A model generated the notes under the pieces. It was not told where the DNA came from. It did not search any database and saw only the letters and a program-made list of their open reading frames with translations. A DNA stretch of 63,979 nt, counting the filler, from Reclinomonas americana ATCC 50394 (taxonomy: Eukaryota): assembly GCA_048213135.1 (NCBI GenBank). It is 5 parts of 4 records of this genome, joined end to end, with 100 filler letters (N's around TTAATTAATTAA, not from the genome) between each part and the next. Parts side by side here need not be neighbours in the genome. Positions count along the whole stretch, not along the records: positions 19,157 to 44,179 come from PS015308.1; positions 44,280 to 59,973 come from PS015308.1; 3 more parts are not named here. One strand, given 5' to 3'. The translations under genes were made by a program, and so were the position numbers. Every line of letters starts with the position of its first letter. The first letter of the stretch is position 1. Shown one piece after another: positions 37,744 through 49,023 of this stretch.

Positions 37744-38264
37744 ACACGCNNNNNNNNNNNNNNNNNNNNNNNNNNNNNNNNNNNNNNNNNNNNNNNNNNN
37801 NNNNNNNNNNNNNNNNNNNNNNNNNNNNNNNNNNNNNNNNNNNNNNNNNNNNNNNNNNNNNNNNNNNNNNNNNNNNNNNNNNNNNNNNNNNNNNNNNNNN
37901 NNNNNNNNNNNNNNNNNNNNNNNNNNNNNNNNNNNNNNNNNNNNNNNNNNNNNNNNNNNNNNNNNNNNNNNNNNNNNNNNNNNNNNNNNNNNNNNNNNNN
38001 NNNNNNNNNNNNNNNNNNNNNNNNNNNNNNNNNNNNNNNNNNNNNNNNNNNNNNNNNNNNNNNNNNNNNNNNNNNNNNNNNNNNNNNNNNNNNNNNNNNN
38101 NNNNNNNNNNNNNNNNNNNNNNNNNNNNNNNNNNNNNNNNNNNNNNNNNNNNNNNNNNNNNNNNNNNNNNNNNNNNNNNNNNNNNNNNNNNNNNNNNNNN
38201 NNNNNNNNNNNNNNNNNNNNNNNNNNNNNNNNNNNNNNNNNNNNNNNNNNNNNNNNNNNNNNNN

Positions 38265-38309
<45 letters not shown>

Positions 38310-38411
38310 CTCACACAGGGACTCTCTTTGCATCTCTCTCTCTCCCTCACACGCACACAACAAACAAGCACCCTTTCCCTCCCTCTCTCTCATTGCATCC
38401 CTCCCTCGTAC

Positions 38412-38781
38412 CTTTGGTGGCACTGGTGAGCAACGTGACTCGACTCTCGCCGCGATGCACAATCACGGCTGTCTCCGGCAACTCGTACTGGAACAAGAAC
38501 AAGTGCGTCATTCCGACGCGCGTGGACACTTGCACCTCTTGTGTGTCGACTTTGCCGAGCGGAAACACCAGAATGTCGGCATCGCCCCACTGACCGGTGT
38601 GTGACTGTAGAGAGAGTGGGGAGGAGGAAGAGAAGAAGAGAGAGAAAGTGTGTGCGTGTGAGCAGCGAGAGGGCGAGGAGAGGGGAGAGGGGGAGTTCAC
38701 GTTGGACATGTCGGAACAAACCTGCCAGTGATCGATGAGCAGGCGCACTTTGACGGCCACGGCCTCTGTGTTGACTGGCAT
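38412..38781 (-). CDS. SPT16: FACT subunit SPT16, first exons on an inverted contig
   Basis: MPVNTEAVAVKVRLLIDHWQ...WGDADILVFPLGK...HLFLFQYELPETAVIV...LLTSATK resembles the SPT16 N-terminal WLFGYEL.DT...ASKKK region. Confidence 0.72.
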
Positions 38782-39040
38782 TCTCCTACAATGAATGCAC
38801 TTGAATGCACACGCGCTTTCTCTCGCGAGTGCAAAGCAAACCCGGGGGTGAGCGGGAATTGCATGAGTCACGCATTTGTCCACTCGGCACCACACTTTCT
38901 TCCCTTGCATGATCACTCACGCTCGCCACCAAATAAACTTAGGTAGTGCGCGAGGACCTGGAAAAGAAGGAGAAGGGAGCGAGAACAAAAAAAAAAAGAA
39001 AAAAAAAAAGAAGAAAAAGGAAAAAACATCAAAAAATAAG

Positions 39041-39112
39041 CTCTCCCGCCGGGAATTGAACCCGGATCACCTGCGTGACAGGCAGATATCCTAACCATTA
39101 GACTACAGGAGA
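39041..39112 (-). tRNA. tRNA-Asp(GTC)
   Basis: TCTCCTGTAGTCTAATGGTTAGGATA-TCTGC-CT GTC AC-GCAGG-TGAT-CCGGGTTCAATTCCCGG-CGGGAGA-G, followed by T-runs. Confidence 0.96.
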
Positions 39113-39230
39113 CTTGGTTGATATGCTTCTCAAGCCAAGTCCGCGCAGCCATGAAGGCTCTCTGTATGCCGTACTTTGTCCCCAACAAAACACGCACACT
39201 TCCGTCGTTCTCCTCTCGCACTCTCTCACC

Positions 39231-39399
39231 ATGAGCGACGGTGTCGCCACTTTACTTGACGACCTCACGCAAGCGGTGCGCGATGTGGCGTCTGTGGCCG
39301 CAGCCGAGAGTGCCGGCACTGTGCTCGATGAGTCGTGTGAGGCACTCATGCGCCTCTATCGCCTGTGTCACGCGGCACTGGCACATGGTCTCAAGAGAG
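39231..39399 (+). CDS. RUN-domain-like first exon, probable start of the Rubicon-homology gene, on an inverted contig
   Basis: MSDGVATLLDDLTQAVRDV...LMRLYRLCHAALAHGLKR|GT resembles the RUN start motif LC..LE..L.HGLK. Confidence 0.65.
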
Positions 39400-40391
39400 G
39401 TACGCACATCCTCCCGCACAACACTAACAGAGAGAGGCACAAGGGAAGGAGAGGATGAAGCGAGAGAGAGAAGTGATTCATTTGTTTGTGCGCACNNNNN
39501 NNNNNNNNNNNNNNNNNNNNNNNNNNNNNNNNNNNNNNNNNNNNNNNNNNNNNNNNNNNNNNNNNNNNNNNNNNNNNNNNNNNNNNNNNNNNNNNNNNNN
39601 NNNNNNNNNNNNNNNNNNNNNNNNNNNNNNNNNNNNNNNNNNNNNNNNNNNNNNNNNNNNNNNNNNNNNNNNNNNNNNNNNNNNNNNNNNNNNNNNNNNN
39701 NNNNNNNNNNNNNNNNNNNNNNNNNNNNNNNNNNNNNNNNNNNNNNNNNNNNNNNNNNNNNNNNNNNNNNNNNNNNNNNNNNNNNNNNNNNNNNNNNNNN
39801 NNNNNNNNNNNNNNNNNNNNNNNNNNNNNNNNNNNNNNNNNNNNNNNNNNNNNNNNNNNNNNNNNNNNNNNNNNNNNNNNNNNNNNNNNNNNNNNNNNNN
39901 NNNNNNNNNNNNNNNNNNNNNNNNNNNNNNNNNNNNNNNNNNNNNNNNNNNNNNNNNNNNNNNNNNNNNNNNNNNNNNNNNNNNNNNNNNNNNNNNNNNN
40001 NNNNNNNNNNNNNNNNNNNNNNNNNNNNNNNNNNNNNNNNNNNNNNNNNNNNNNNNNNNNNNNNNNNNNNNNNNNNNNNNNNNNNNNNNNNNNNNNNNNN
40101 NNNNNNNNNNNNNNNNNNNNNNNNNNNNNNNNNNNNNNNNNNNNNNNNNNNNNNNNNNNNNNNNNNNNNNNNNNNNNNNNNNNNNNNNNNNNNNNNNNNN
40201 NNNNNNNNNNNNNNNNNNNNNNNNNNNNNNNNNNNNNNNNNNNNNNNNNNNNNNNNNNNNNNNNNNNNNNNNNNNNNNNNNNNNNNNNNNNNNNNNNNNN
40301 NNNNNNNNNNNNNNNNNNNNNNNNNNNNNNNNNNNNNNNNNNNNNNNNNNNNNNNNNNNNNNNNNNNNNNNNNNNNNNNNNNNNNNNNNNN

Positions 40392-43300
40392 TTGCCTCAA
40401 GATCCCGTCGGAAGTGGTGAGTGCGTGGGTCGACAAAACCCCTCCACCGGAGCGAGTACTAACTCACTGGTCCTACCCGAGTAGAATGCCTTGCGCCAGA
40501 GCGGTGCATTCTCGGCCACGGCCATGAAGAAGACCGTGGTGCAGGCGCTGGAGAAGGAGCTGGAGAAGGAGTTGCCGTCGACGCATCAGGCGTTCGCCGA
40601 GCGCATCTCCAAGCTCTTCATCAACCCCGACGCTGCCATTCTGAAGGACTTCCGCATGGAGAAGGACACGCTGCAGGCGGCGTATGAGCCCTCCATTCAG
40701 GTGTGCAGCAGTCGACGGTGACTTTTTTCTCCGCGACATTGCTGACACGAAAAGTCGTTGCACGCACACAGAGCGGCGTCGGCATCAAGTTGGCGTTGCG
40801 CGCGGAAAACTCCACTGCGCACATTCGCGATCGAGGTGCGATTGTGGTGTCGCTTGGCACGCAATACAAGGCCATGCACACTGCCGTGGCGCGCACGTTC
40901 CTGGTGCAGCCCAACGACGAAGTTTCGTGCGACACCCGTGACACCCTCGTTCTTGGGGGGCCACGCACTCACTGCTCGTGTGTGCAGACGCACAAGGCCG
41001 ATTACAACACGGCGTTCGAGCTCCAGGCTCATTTGGTCTCTTTTGTGCACCCTGGTATTACCGGGGCGGAGCTGTATGCCGAGGCGCGTCGGTGGGTTGG
41101 CGAGCGCAGCCCGGAGCGGCTGGCGGCTGTGTTCCCGGAGAGCATCGGGCACATTGTTGGCTGCGAAGAGCTCTTCAATCCGGCACACTTGCTGAATGCG
41201 CAGTGCGCAGTGGTGAGTTGTCGCCTGCCATCGTTATCCCTCTCCTTGTCGCTCAACGTACGTCGCGGTCACAGGAGCTCCAACTCGGTGTGGCCTTTGT
41301 GCTGGTGCTGGGCTTTGGGCCGCTGCAAGATTCGCGTCTTGGCGAGTATTCCATCATGATCGCCGACTCGTTCGTGCTGCGCGAGGAGCCGCAAACCTCG
41401 GCTGGGTACGTGGTCATGGATCTCACGGCGCGTCACAAGAAGACGTTTGACGACATCATGTACACCATGGTAACCGCGTGAGAGGGAGGGAGAATTGGGG
41501 GAAAGTCACCTGTTTACCCACCACTACCGCACGTGATGATGCAGGATGACGAGGATGAGGTGAAGCGCGAGGATGGCGTCGATGGCGACGAGGCCGACGA
41601 TGCTGAGCGCCGTGCGCTCAATGCAGCGCGGCGGACCGAGTTGGCCGAGTTGAATCGCCAGAAGCAGATCTCGGGCGATCGCGACGATGACGCGCGTGAG
41701 GGCACTCGCCGACGCGCACTGCGTGACCGCGACAGCTTTGCGGAAACAAAGCGCAAGGATAAGTTGGAGAAGCTGAAGAAGACCAAGCAGGAGGAGTGGG
41801 AGGCAGTGGGAAGGTGTGTCTGGGGGGTGTTTCTTCCCTTCTCGTGTGTCTCGTTGATGCTCATTCTCCGTCNNNNNNNNNNNNNNNNNNNNGAGCACTG
41901 ACCGGGAAGTACTTGCTCGCGGCCTGCGCCGGTGTGTTGAAGTTGATGCGCAGTGCGGCCCAGCGTCCATCATCCGAGAAACTCACGCTCTTGATGGTGG
42001 CCGCATGGAACGGCACATGAGTGCCACGGAACGGCAACAGCACGGTGAGGTTTGGCATGTCGGTTTCCACTCGAGTCGGCCGCAGCTCACGCGGAATCTG
42101 CGCGGCATTGTGTGTGTGTGGTGAGCAGCATGGCAACAACGACAACAATGCACATCCACCACACACCTTTGACGGGTGCACGTACGAGAACATGCGGTTG
42201 GCGTACAGCTGCTCAGCAATCGAGGCCACCTTGCGCTGCTCCTTGCCGGCACTTCGACTGGGCNNNNNNNNNNNNNNNNNNNNNNNNNNNNNNNNNNNNN
42301 NNNNNNNNNNNNNNNNNNNNNNNNNNNNNNNNNNNNNNNNNNNNNNNNNNNNNNNNNNNNNNNNNNNNNNNNNNNNNNNNNNNNNNNNNNNNNNNNNNNN
42401 NNNNNNNNNNNNNNNNNNNNNNNNNNNNNNNNNNNNNNNNNNNNNNNNNNNNNNNNNNNNNNNNNNNNNNNNNNNNNNNNNNNNNNNNNNNNNNNNNNNN
42501 NNNNNNNNNNNNNNNNNNNNNNNNNNNNNNNNNNNNNNNNNNNNNNNNNNNNNNNNNNNNNNNNNNNNNNNNNNNNNNNNNNNNNNNNNNNNNNNNNNNN
42601 NNNNNNNNNNNNNNNNNNNNNNNNNNNNNNNNNNNNNNNNNNNNNNNNNNNNNNNNNNNNNNNNNNNNNNNNNNTTTTCCTCGCTCTCACGCCCGCATGT
42701 TGTCGCTTCTCTTGCGCTGATGCATGCATACTGTTGCAGGCCACGGCAAGCCCGACCTCCGTGTTCATCAAGGAACTCACCTTCCGCGGCGAGAAGGCGC
42801 ACTTTGAGAAGATCAACCGTGATGTTCGCGATATGCTGACGCAGCTGCGCCAGCGCGACAAGGAGATGCAGGAAATGGTGAGCGCATGTGTGGTTTTTCT
42901 CCCTGTCTTCTGTCGCACAAGTTGGAGGCATGACCGAATATGTTGCGGGTGCGTTTGTGCGTGTTAGGCGGATGTGGTGGAGCAACCGGAGTTGGTTGTT
43001 GATCGACGTTGCGTTGGCGGTCATGCATAACTGTCACTTCCTGTTCCAGTCTCTCACTCTCGCTGCTGCTGCGCAGGCAATCCCATCGTGCTGCGCAACG
43101 TCAATGCGACACCGATGCCGACCAGCAAGAAGCGCCAGGGCAAGACCAAGAATGTGGGTTATCTGGAGGCGCACACAAACGGCTACCGCTACATGGTCAA
43201 CAATGAGTCTGTCGGTGCGTACAGCCTATGTTGGGGGTTTTGGTGGCTGCTGGACTCACCTGCCCTGCAGACATCATGTACCAGAACATCAAGCACGGCT

Positions 43301-44179
43301 TCCTGTCGCCGTCGGACTCGCACACCAAGACGCTGCAGCGCACCTCCAAAGTACTTTTGCACTTCAACTTGAAGGACCCCATCATGGTCGGCAAGACCAA
43401 GGCGTTGGACATTCAGGTGTACGCCGATGTGATGGTTGAGGACTCGCTCGGTACGCGAACTCTGGCTGCGTTTGGGTGATCACGTTGGGTGTTGCTCACA
43501 ATGCCGTGCACGCAGCCAATGAGCGGCGCATGAGTGATGCCACTGCCATGGAGGAAGAAGAGCGTGAAATCAAGAATCGGCGGCAGGTGCTCAAGTTGTT
43601 CCAGACTTTTGCCGAGAAATCCGAGCAGCGTATCAAGGCTGTGGTGAGTGCCCGCCGATGCGAATGCCTCTTTATCACACACACACGTGCATGACGTGCT
43701 TTGTGTTGTCGGCTCACACAGAATCCCGGCTTTGCCTTCGAATCACCGTTCCACGATCTCGAATTCGTCGGCGCCGTCAAGGGCTCCATGTCGCACCTTG
43801 CTCCCACCACCAACTGTTTGGTGTCGCTGCAGGAGAGTCCCTTCTTTGTGCTCTCGATCGATGATGTCGAGCTGGCGTCGCTCGAGCGTGTTGTGGTACG
43901 TTATCGCAAGCGCCACACAAGAACTCGCGTGTGCCTTCACTCACGTGCTTGCTGCAGACCGGGCAAAAAACATTTGATATCGTGTACGTGTTGAAGGATT
44001 ACACCAAGGATCCCGTGCGAATCGATTCAGTCCCCATGTCGCGTATCGATGACATCAAGAACATTCTCTTGTGCGTGCGTTTTCCGCGTCTCCATCCATC
44101 GTCATCCTTTCTGTTGCTGACAGCACGTACGTGGGTGTGCCTGTGTGCTCTTGCGCTCTGCAGGGGTCTTGGTATGGTC
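40392..44179 (+). CDS. SPT16: FACT subunit SPT16, main body, truncated; segment 41893-42263 is on the opposite strand
   Basis: AYEPSIQSG, IVVSLGTQYK..VARTFLVQP, YSIMIADSF, VFIKELTFR, GYLEAHTNGYRY, DIMYQNIKHGF, LLHFNLKDPIMVGKTKALDIQVY, PTTNCLVSLQESPFFVLSIDDVELASLERV and KTFDIVYVLKDY. Confidence 0.92.
41893..42263 (-). CDS. SPT16: SPT16 internal exons on an inverted contig
   Basis: TVLLPFRGTHVPFHAATIKSVSFSDDGRWAALRINFNTP corresponds to the SPT16 motif VILPI.G..VPFHI.TIKN.S.....YLRINF. Confidence 0.85.
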
Positions 44180-44279
44180 NNNNNNNNNNNNNNNNNNNNN
44201 NNNNNNNNNNNNNNNNNNNNNNNTTAATTAATTAANNNNNNNNNNNNNNNNNNNNNNNNNNNNNNNNNNNNNNNNNNNN

Positions 44280-45812
44280 TGTCTCTCTCCTCCCCAACTG
44301 CAGCAGCGGCATCGCAGCCACAGCTGCGTCCGCGCCAAACAACTGCGCGTGTGCAGCATCCGTCGCAGCCGCTGACTCAAACCTCGCTGGCGTGTCACCA
44401 ATCGACGGGGTCACCGAGTCGGCTGGCGCCGGCGAGAACATCTCAAACGTGTCGCTGCTCGCAAAGTTGACAGTGGACGAAACCGCAGATGGTCGATGAG
44501 CCAGCGGGCGCTGTGGGTGATCGTGGTATTGCTGCTGCAACGAGGAGGTGGCGGTGGACTGCTGCTGTTGATGCAAGAGTTGATGTTGATGTTGCTGTTG
44601 AGATGTGCGCATGGAGGAGAGGGATGACGCCGACTTGACCGTGTGCATCTGCGGTAGCATGTGCGCGGCAATGTCGTCGTCAAAGCCGCCCTCCATGGTT
44701 GCATCGGCGCTGACCGAGTGTTGCAACTCGTCGTCTCGCCGCATGTAGCCCAGCATCGATGCCGCCGCGGCGGATTCAGCAATCTCCATCGACAGCAACG
44801 GCGGTGAGGGCGAATGCCCAGGTGCGTAGTACGGCTTGAGGCCGGCGGCGGTGACTGCTGGCATGGCGGCCATGGTGACCGGGTCCATTGCCGCAGACGC
44901 AGCGGCGGCCCCAGCAGCTGCGGCGGCCGACAACGAGGCAGTCGACATGGTTATCCCCGGTTGCTCAAAGAACATGGCATTCAGCAAACTGTGAGTCGAA
45001 TCCGAGGCCGGAAACGGCGTGGCCGGTTCGACTTGAGTCTGTTTAGCGCGTGCACCAAAGAGTGAGTGTCTGGAAACGACGCTCATGCCGAGACAGGGAC
45101 ACGAGACGCAACCGCCGTGTCGTCGTCGCTGTCGTCTTGTGCAGGCATGGGTGGCTCGGCACGGTTCCAATTCGCGCGCAGGAAGAGCACATACGAGTTC
45201 GCATGTGCGACCTCCTCGTCAGCGGCCAGCGACGACATTAGTGGCACAGTCGCCGAGAAGTCCTCCGCCTCCTCGGTCGTATCCGGAGGGAGCGGTATCC
45301 TGCTGGGCGACAAGACCTCCTGCGGTGCAGCAGCAGCAGCAGCAGCAGTGGTGTCTACTTGATCGTCCACGGCACTTGGTGTTGGGTCTGCTAATGGCGC
45401 GGCGCCGTCGGTCCATGCGAGGGCCGGTGTCGGCCGCACAATCGGTGGCAACATGATCGTGTGTCCCGATCGCGGCACATTGAGGCCCAGCGGCGACCCG
45501 CTCAGCGAGAACACTCCAGGCGCCACAGCCGAAGGCGGCGGCGGTGGTGGTGGCGACGACCGCGATGGCGACCGTGCTTCGAGCGCACCTCTCAATTCGA
45601 ACGTATTTGCCGAATGGCCACCAGCCGACGTTACATCATCGTCATCTTCGTCGTTCTGATTCATCACATGGCTCGGTGCATACGGAACCCCGCGCACGGG
45701 TGAGAGGAAAGGCTCATGCTCCTCCTGGCAGTGGAGGGAGAGAGAAAAGCATGCATAAGCAGTCACATTGCAATATCTGGGGTCACGAGGAACCACTGAC
45801 CTCTTCTTCCAT
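44280..45812 (-). CDS. Ala/Ser/Pro/Gln-rich protein of unknown function, truncated at the scaffold end
   Basis: Probable start ATG GAA GAA GAG|GTCAGT. Long open frames are joined by phase-0 introns. Confidence 0.5.
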
Positions 45813-46072
45813 CGACGTCGTTCAAAGACCTGAATGGTGAACGCGCGCACGGACGGACGAGTGAGTGTCTGTGGGTGACGGTGCGATCCGATTGGTCCTT
45901 CTTTTCTCGTCGCAAGGTCAAAAATCAAACGTTCGAGTGCGAGCATTGTCACAGGAATGAAAAACGCGGGAATCACTGTTTCAAGTTCGATAAAGTTGGG
46001 GGGCCGCAGTTGTCTTCTCTCTCCGCTTTCGCTCCCTTGTGTGGGCTCACCAGCCAGCGTGTGTGCGCGCAG

Positions 46073-48586
46073 ATGGAGGTCGACTCGGATGCTGGCGTCT
46101 CCATCATTGTTGCACAAGGTGAGATGATGGACAGCAGTGCGCGCGTGTATGTGTGCATGTGCGTGTGTGCGTGTGTCTCGCTATGTATGCCTGCATGTAC
46201 GAGAGAGAAGGAGGGAGGGAAGGCTGCGTGTGGGAGGCAAAGGCGTCGCACATGAGCATTGTGCACACGCTCACACCCACACACACGCTCTGTTGTCAGC
46301 GGCACTTGCGATGCTTCATGTGAACGGCGAGTGCAGTGAGAGCACACACACAATGAGAGAGAGAGAGAGACAGGCGAGTGACAAAGAGTGGGGGCGAGAC
46401 AAGAAAGAGATGGCCATGGCGCGAAACGCTCACTCTCTCACCATCACACAGAGGTGCTCGATGCGGTGTTGCTGATTGATCGCGGTCTGCTGGAGATGGA
46501 CGTGCGACACGTGGCGCGTGCACTGCGCGCGTTGGTGTCGCTGCGCTCGCGAATGTCGGGTCTGACTCTGCGCGAGGCCATTCAGCGTGTGGTCACACAG
46601 CAGGTGTGCACGGCGAATCGCACCTCTCTCTCCCTCTCTCCCTCTCTCTTCTCATGTAATGTGACTTACTCACACCTCATATGCACTGGTCGTCAGGCGG
46701 CTCCTGTGGTGTACGATCTGGTCGATCAGTGTGTCGGCATTCTGGCCACCAAGCCGGCGGTGAGTGCCAGCGATGCCTGTCGAAGAAGGATGTGCGCTCA
46801 TACGTGCGTGTTGTTAGGTGTGGGCTCCTCCGCAAACACCGTCGTCGGTTGCCGGCACGCCGCTGGCTCGCACGCCAGGCCGTGGCGACTTTTCGGCATT
46901 CAAAGACCCGAAGCCCAAGGCTCCGTCGGGTGGTGCCTCGTCGTCTGGTGCCTCGGGTTCGGCCGCCGCCGGTGACAAGAAGAAGGGCGGTGAGGACAAG
47001 GAGAAGGCGGCGGCAGAGGAGGAGGCGGAGAAGCCGGCAGTGCTCGACGCCAAGGGCAAGTTCCCGCGCCCTCGTGACCACATTGAGCCGGAGCTGGAGC
47101 TCTTCTTCCGGCTACTGGCCACTATTTTACTGATCGACGACCAGCAGTTGCCGCAGGTGTGTGTGCATTGGCGAAAGAAGGAGGAGATCAAGGGAGACAT
47201 GGTGGTTGATGTATGAGTGTGTGTGTGTGTGTGTGTGTCAGGCATTGTTGGCTGCCGAAGACAATGTGCGGTTTGTCGCCGACCACGAGCGCCACACGAT
47301 GGATCCGTTTGCGGCGCGCGCCTACTTCTACCTGTCACGGTGCCACGAGTTGCAGCACACCCTGGACTCGATTCGCGGGTGCGTTTCTTTCCATACACCT
47401 TGCACTTTTCTTCGGTGGTGTGACTGACGCCGCTGCGTAGCGTGTTGCAAGTGGCTTTCCGCACGGCTTGCCTGCGACGCGACGAGTACCGCCAGACGAC
47501 GTTGGCCAATCTGATCCTGCGCAACTTCCTGCACTACAACCTGTACGAGCAGGCCGACCAGTTCCAGGCTCTCTGCAAGTTCCCGTCCGACACGCGCATC
47601 CCGAACGAGCTGGCTCGCTTCCACTACTACAATGGCCGCATCAAGGCCATTCAGTTGGACTACGTCAATGCGTTTGATCACCTGGCGATTGCCATTCGCA
47701 AGGCGCCGACGCGCGCCGCGAGTGGCTTCCGCTCGCAAGTGACCAAGCTCAGCTGCGTCGTGCAAATGTTGATGGGCGAGATCCCCGAGCGCTCCATCTT
47801 CAGACAAAAGGATCTGGCTGCTCACCTCAGGCCCTACCTGCACCTGACGCAGGTGAGTGCTTGCATATGTGTGTGTGCGTTTCTTGGCAGATTTTGTTTG
47901 TTTGTTGTTCACTCGCTGGTTAGGCTGTGCGCGTTGGTGAGCTGTCGGGCTTTGCGACTGTGGTGAAAAAGTACTTTGAGCTGTTCCGGCGTGACAACAC
48001 CCTGACGCTGATTCAGCGCTTGACCACCAATGTGATCAAGACCGGTCTGCGCCGCATCAACCTGGCATACTCGCGCATCTCACTGGAGGATGTGCGTCGC
48101 AAGCTGGCGCTGGACTCTGTCGAGGCTGCGGAGGGCATTGTCGCCAAGGTGTGCGCGGTGTGCATGATCAGCTGCTGCTCGGTGACCGTGTGGCGCTCAT
48201 CCTCTGTTGTTGTGTGTTTCTGCAGGCCATTGGCGACGGTGTGATCGATGCCACCATTGACCACGAGCAGGGCTGGATGCAGAGTCGCGAGATTACTGAT
48301 GTGTACGTCACCGACGAGCCACACCAGGCCTTCCACAAGCGCACTCAGTACTGCCTCGACATTCACAACTCGGCCGTGAAGGTGACGCGACGTGTGTGTA
48401 TCGAGTTTTTGCTGACTGCCGACGTTGACCTCGTCTCCCTCTGCGACTGCTGCACAGGCCATGCGCTTCCCGCCTGACGCACACTCGAAGATCGTGGCCG
48501 ACTCGGAGAGCGAACGCCGCGCCCGCGATCTGGAGGAGCAGGAGATGCTGGAGATGGACGACGAGGAGGACGACGACCTCCCGTAA
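46073..48586 (+). CDS. PSMD3: 26S proteasome lid subunit RPN3
   Basis: RTACLRRDEYRQTTLANLILRNFLHYNLYEQADQF, NELARFHYYNGRIKAIQLDY, LMGEIPERSIF, NVIKTGLRRINLAYSRISL, IVAKAIGDGVIDA and [27 protein letters not shown]. The first exon is uncertain. Confidence 0.95.
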
Positions 48587-49023
48587 TCCCCCCTCGACCT
48601 GCCGAAAATCGATAAGCCATGGCACGGGTGAAAAAATCAAGCAGGAGTGTTTCGCCCCTCTGCGTGTACACATGGGTGTGGGTGTGAGTGAGGAATGAAG
48701 ACAGGATGGGCTTGCAGACCAGCAAACGTCGTCATGTCCTCCGACCTATTGCGACGTTCGCGCATCGGCAGAGACATCAGCAGCGTCGCTTAGTTGTTGC
48801 CTCGCCACCGGCGGGTACGTGTGATTCACCGTGCCTTCCCCCTCCACCTCGCGCACTCTCCTTCTCTGTCTGCCGCGGCCGCCATGTCTCCTGCTATTTG
48901 TGTGCGTGTGTGTTGTCACTGACCAGTCCGCCCTGCTCTGCCTCTGCAGTCAGGCGACAGAGGCTCTTGCAGAGGCGCTCCAGCAGAGCGGAAGCGGAGT
49001 GTGCACAGGGTTGGGGGGCGGCC

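Noticed and set aside
46327..46451. Definite GC-AG first intron of PSMD3
   Set aside because: A GT donor at ~46119 can join the same acceptor in frame, so the GC site is not required.
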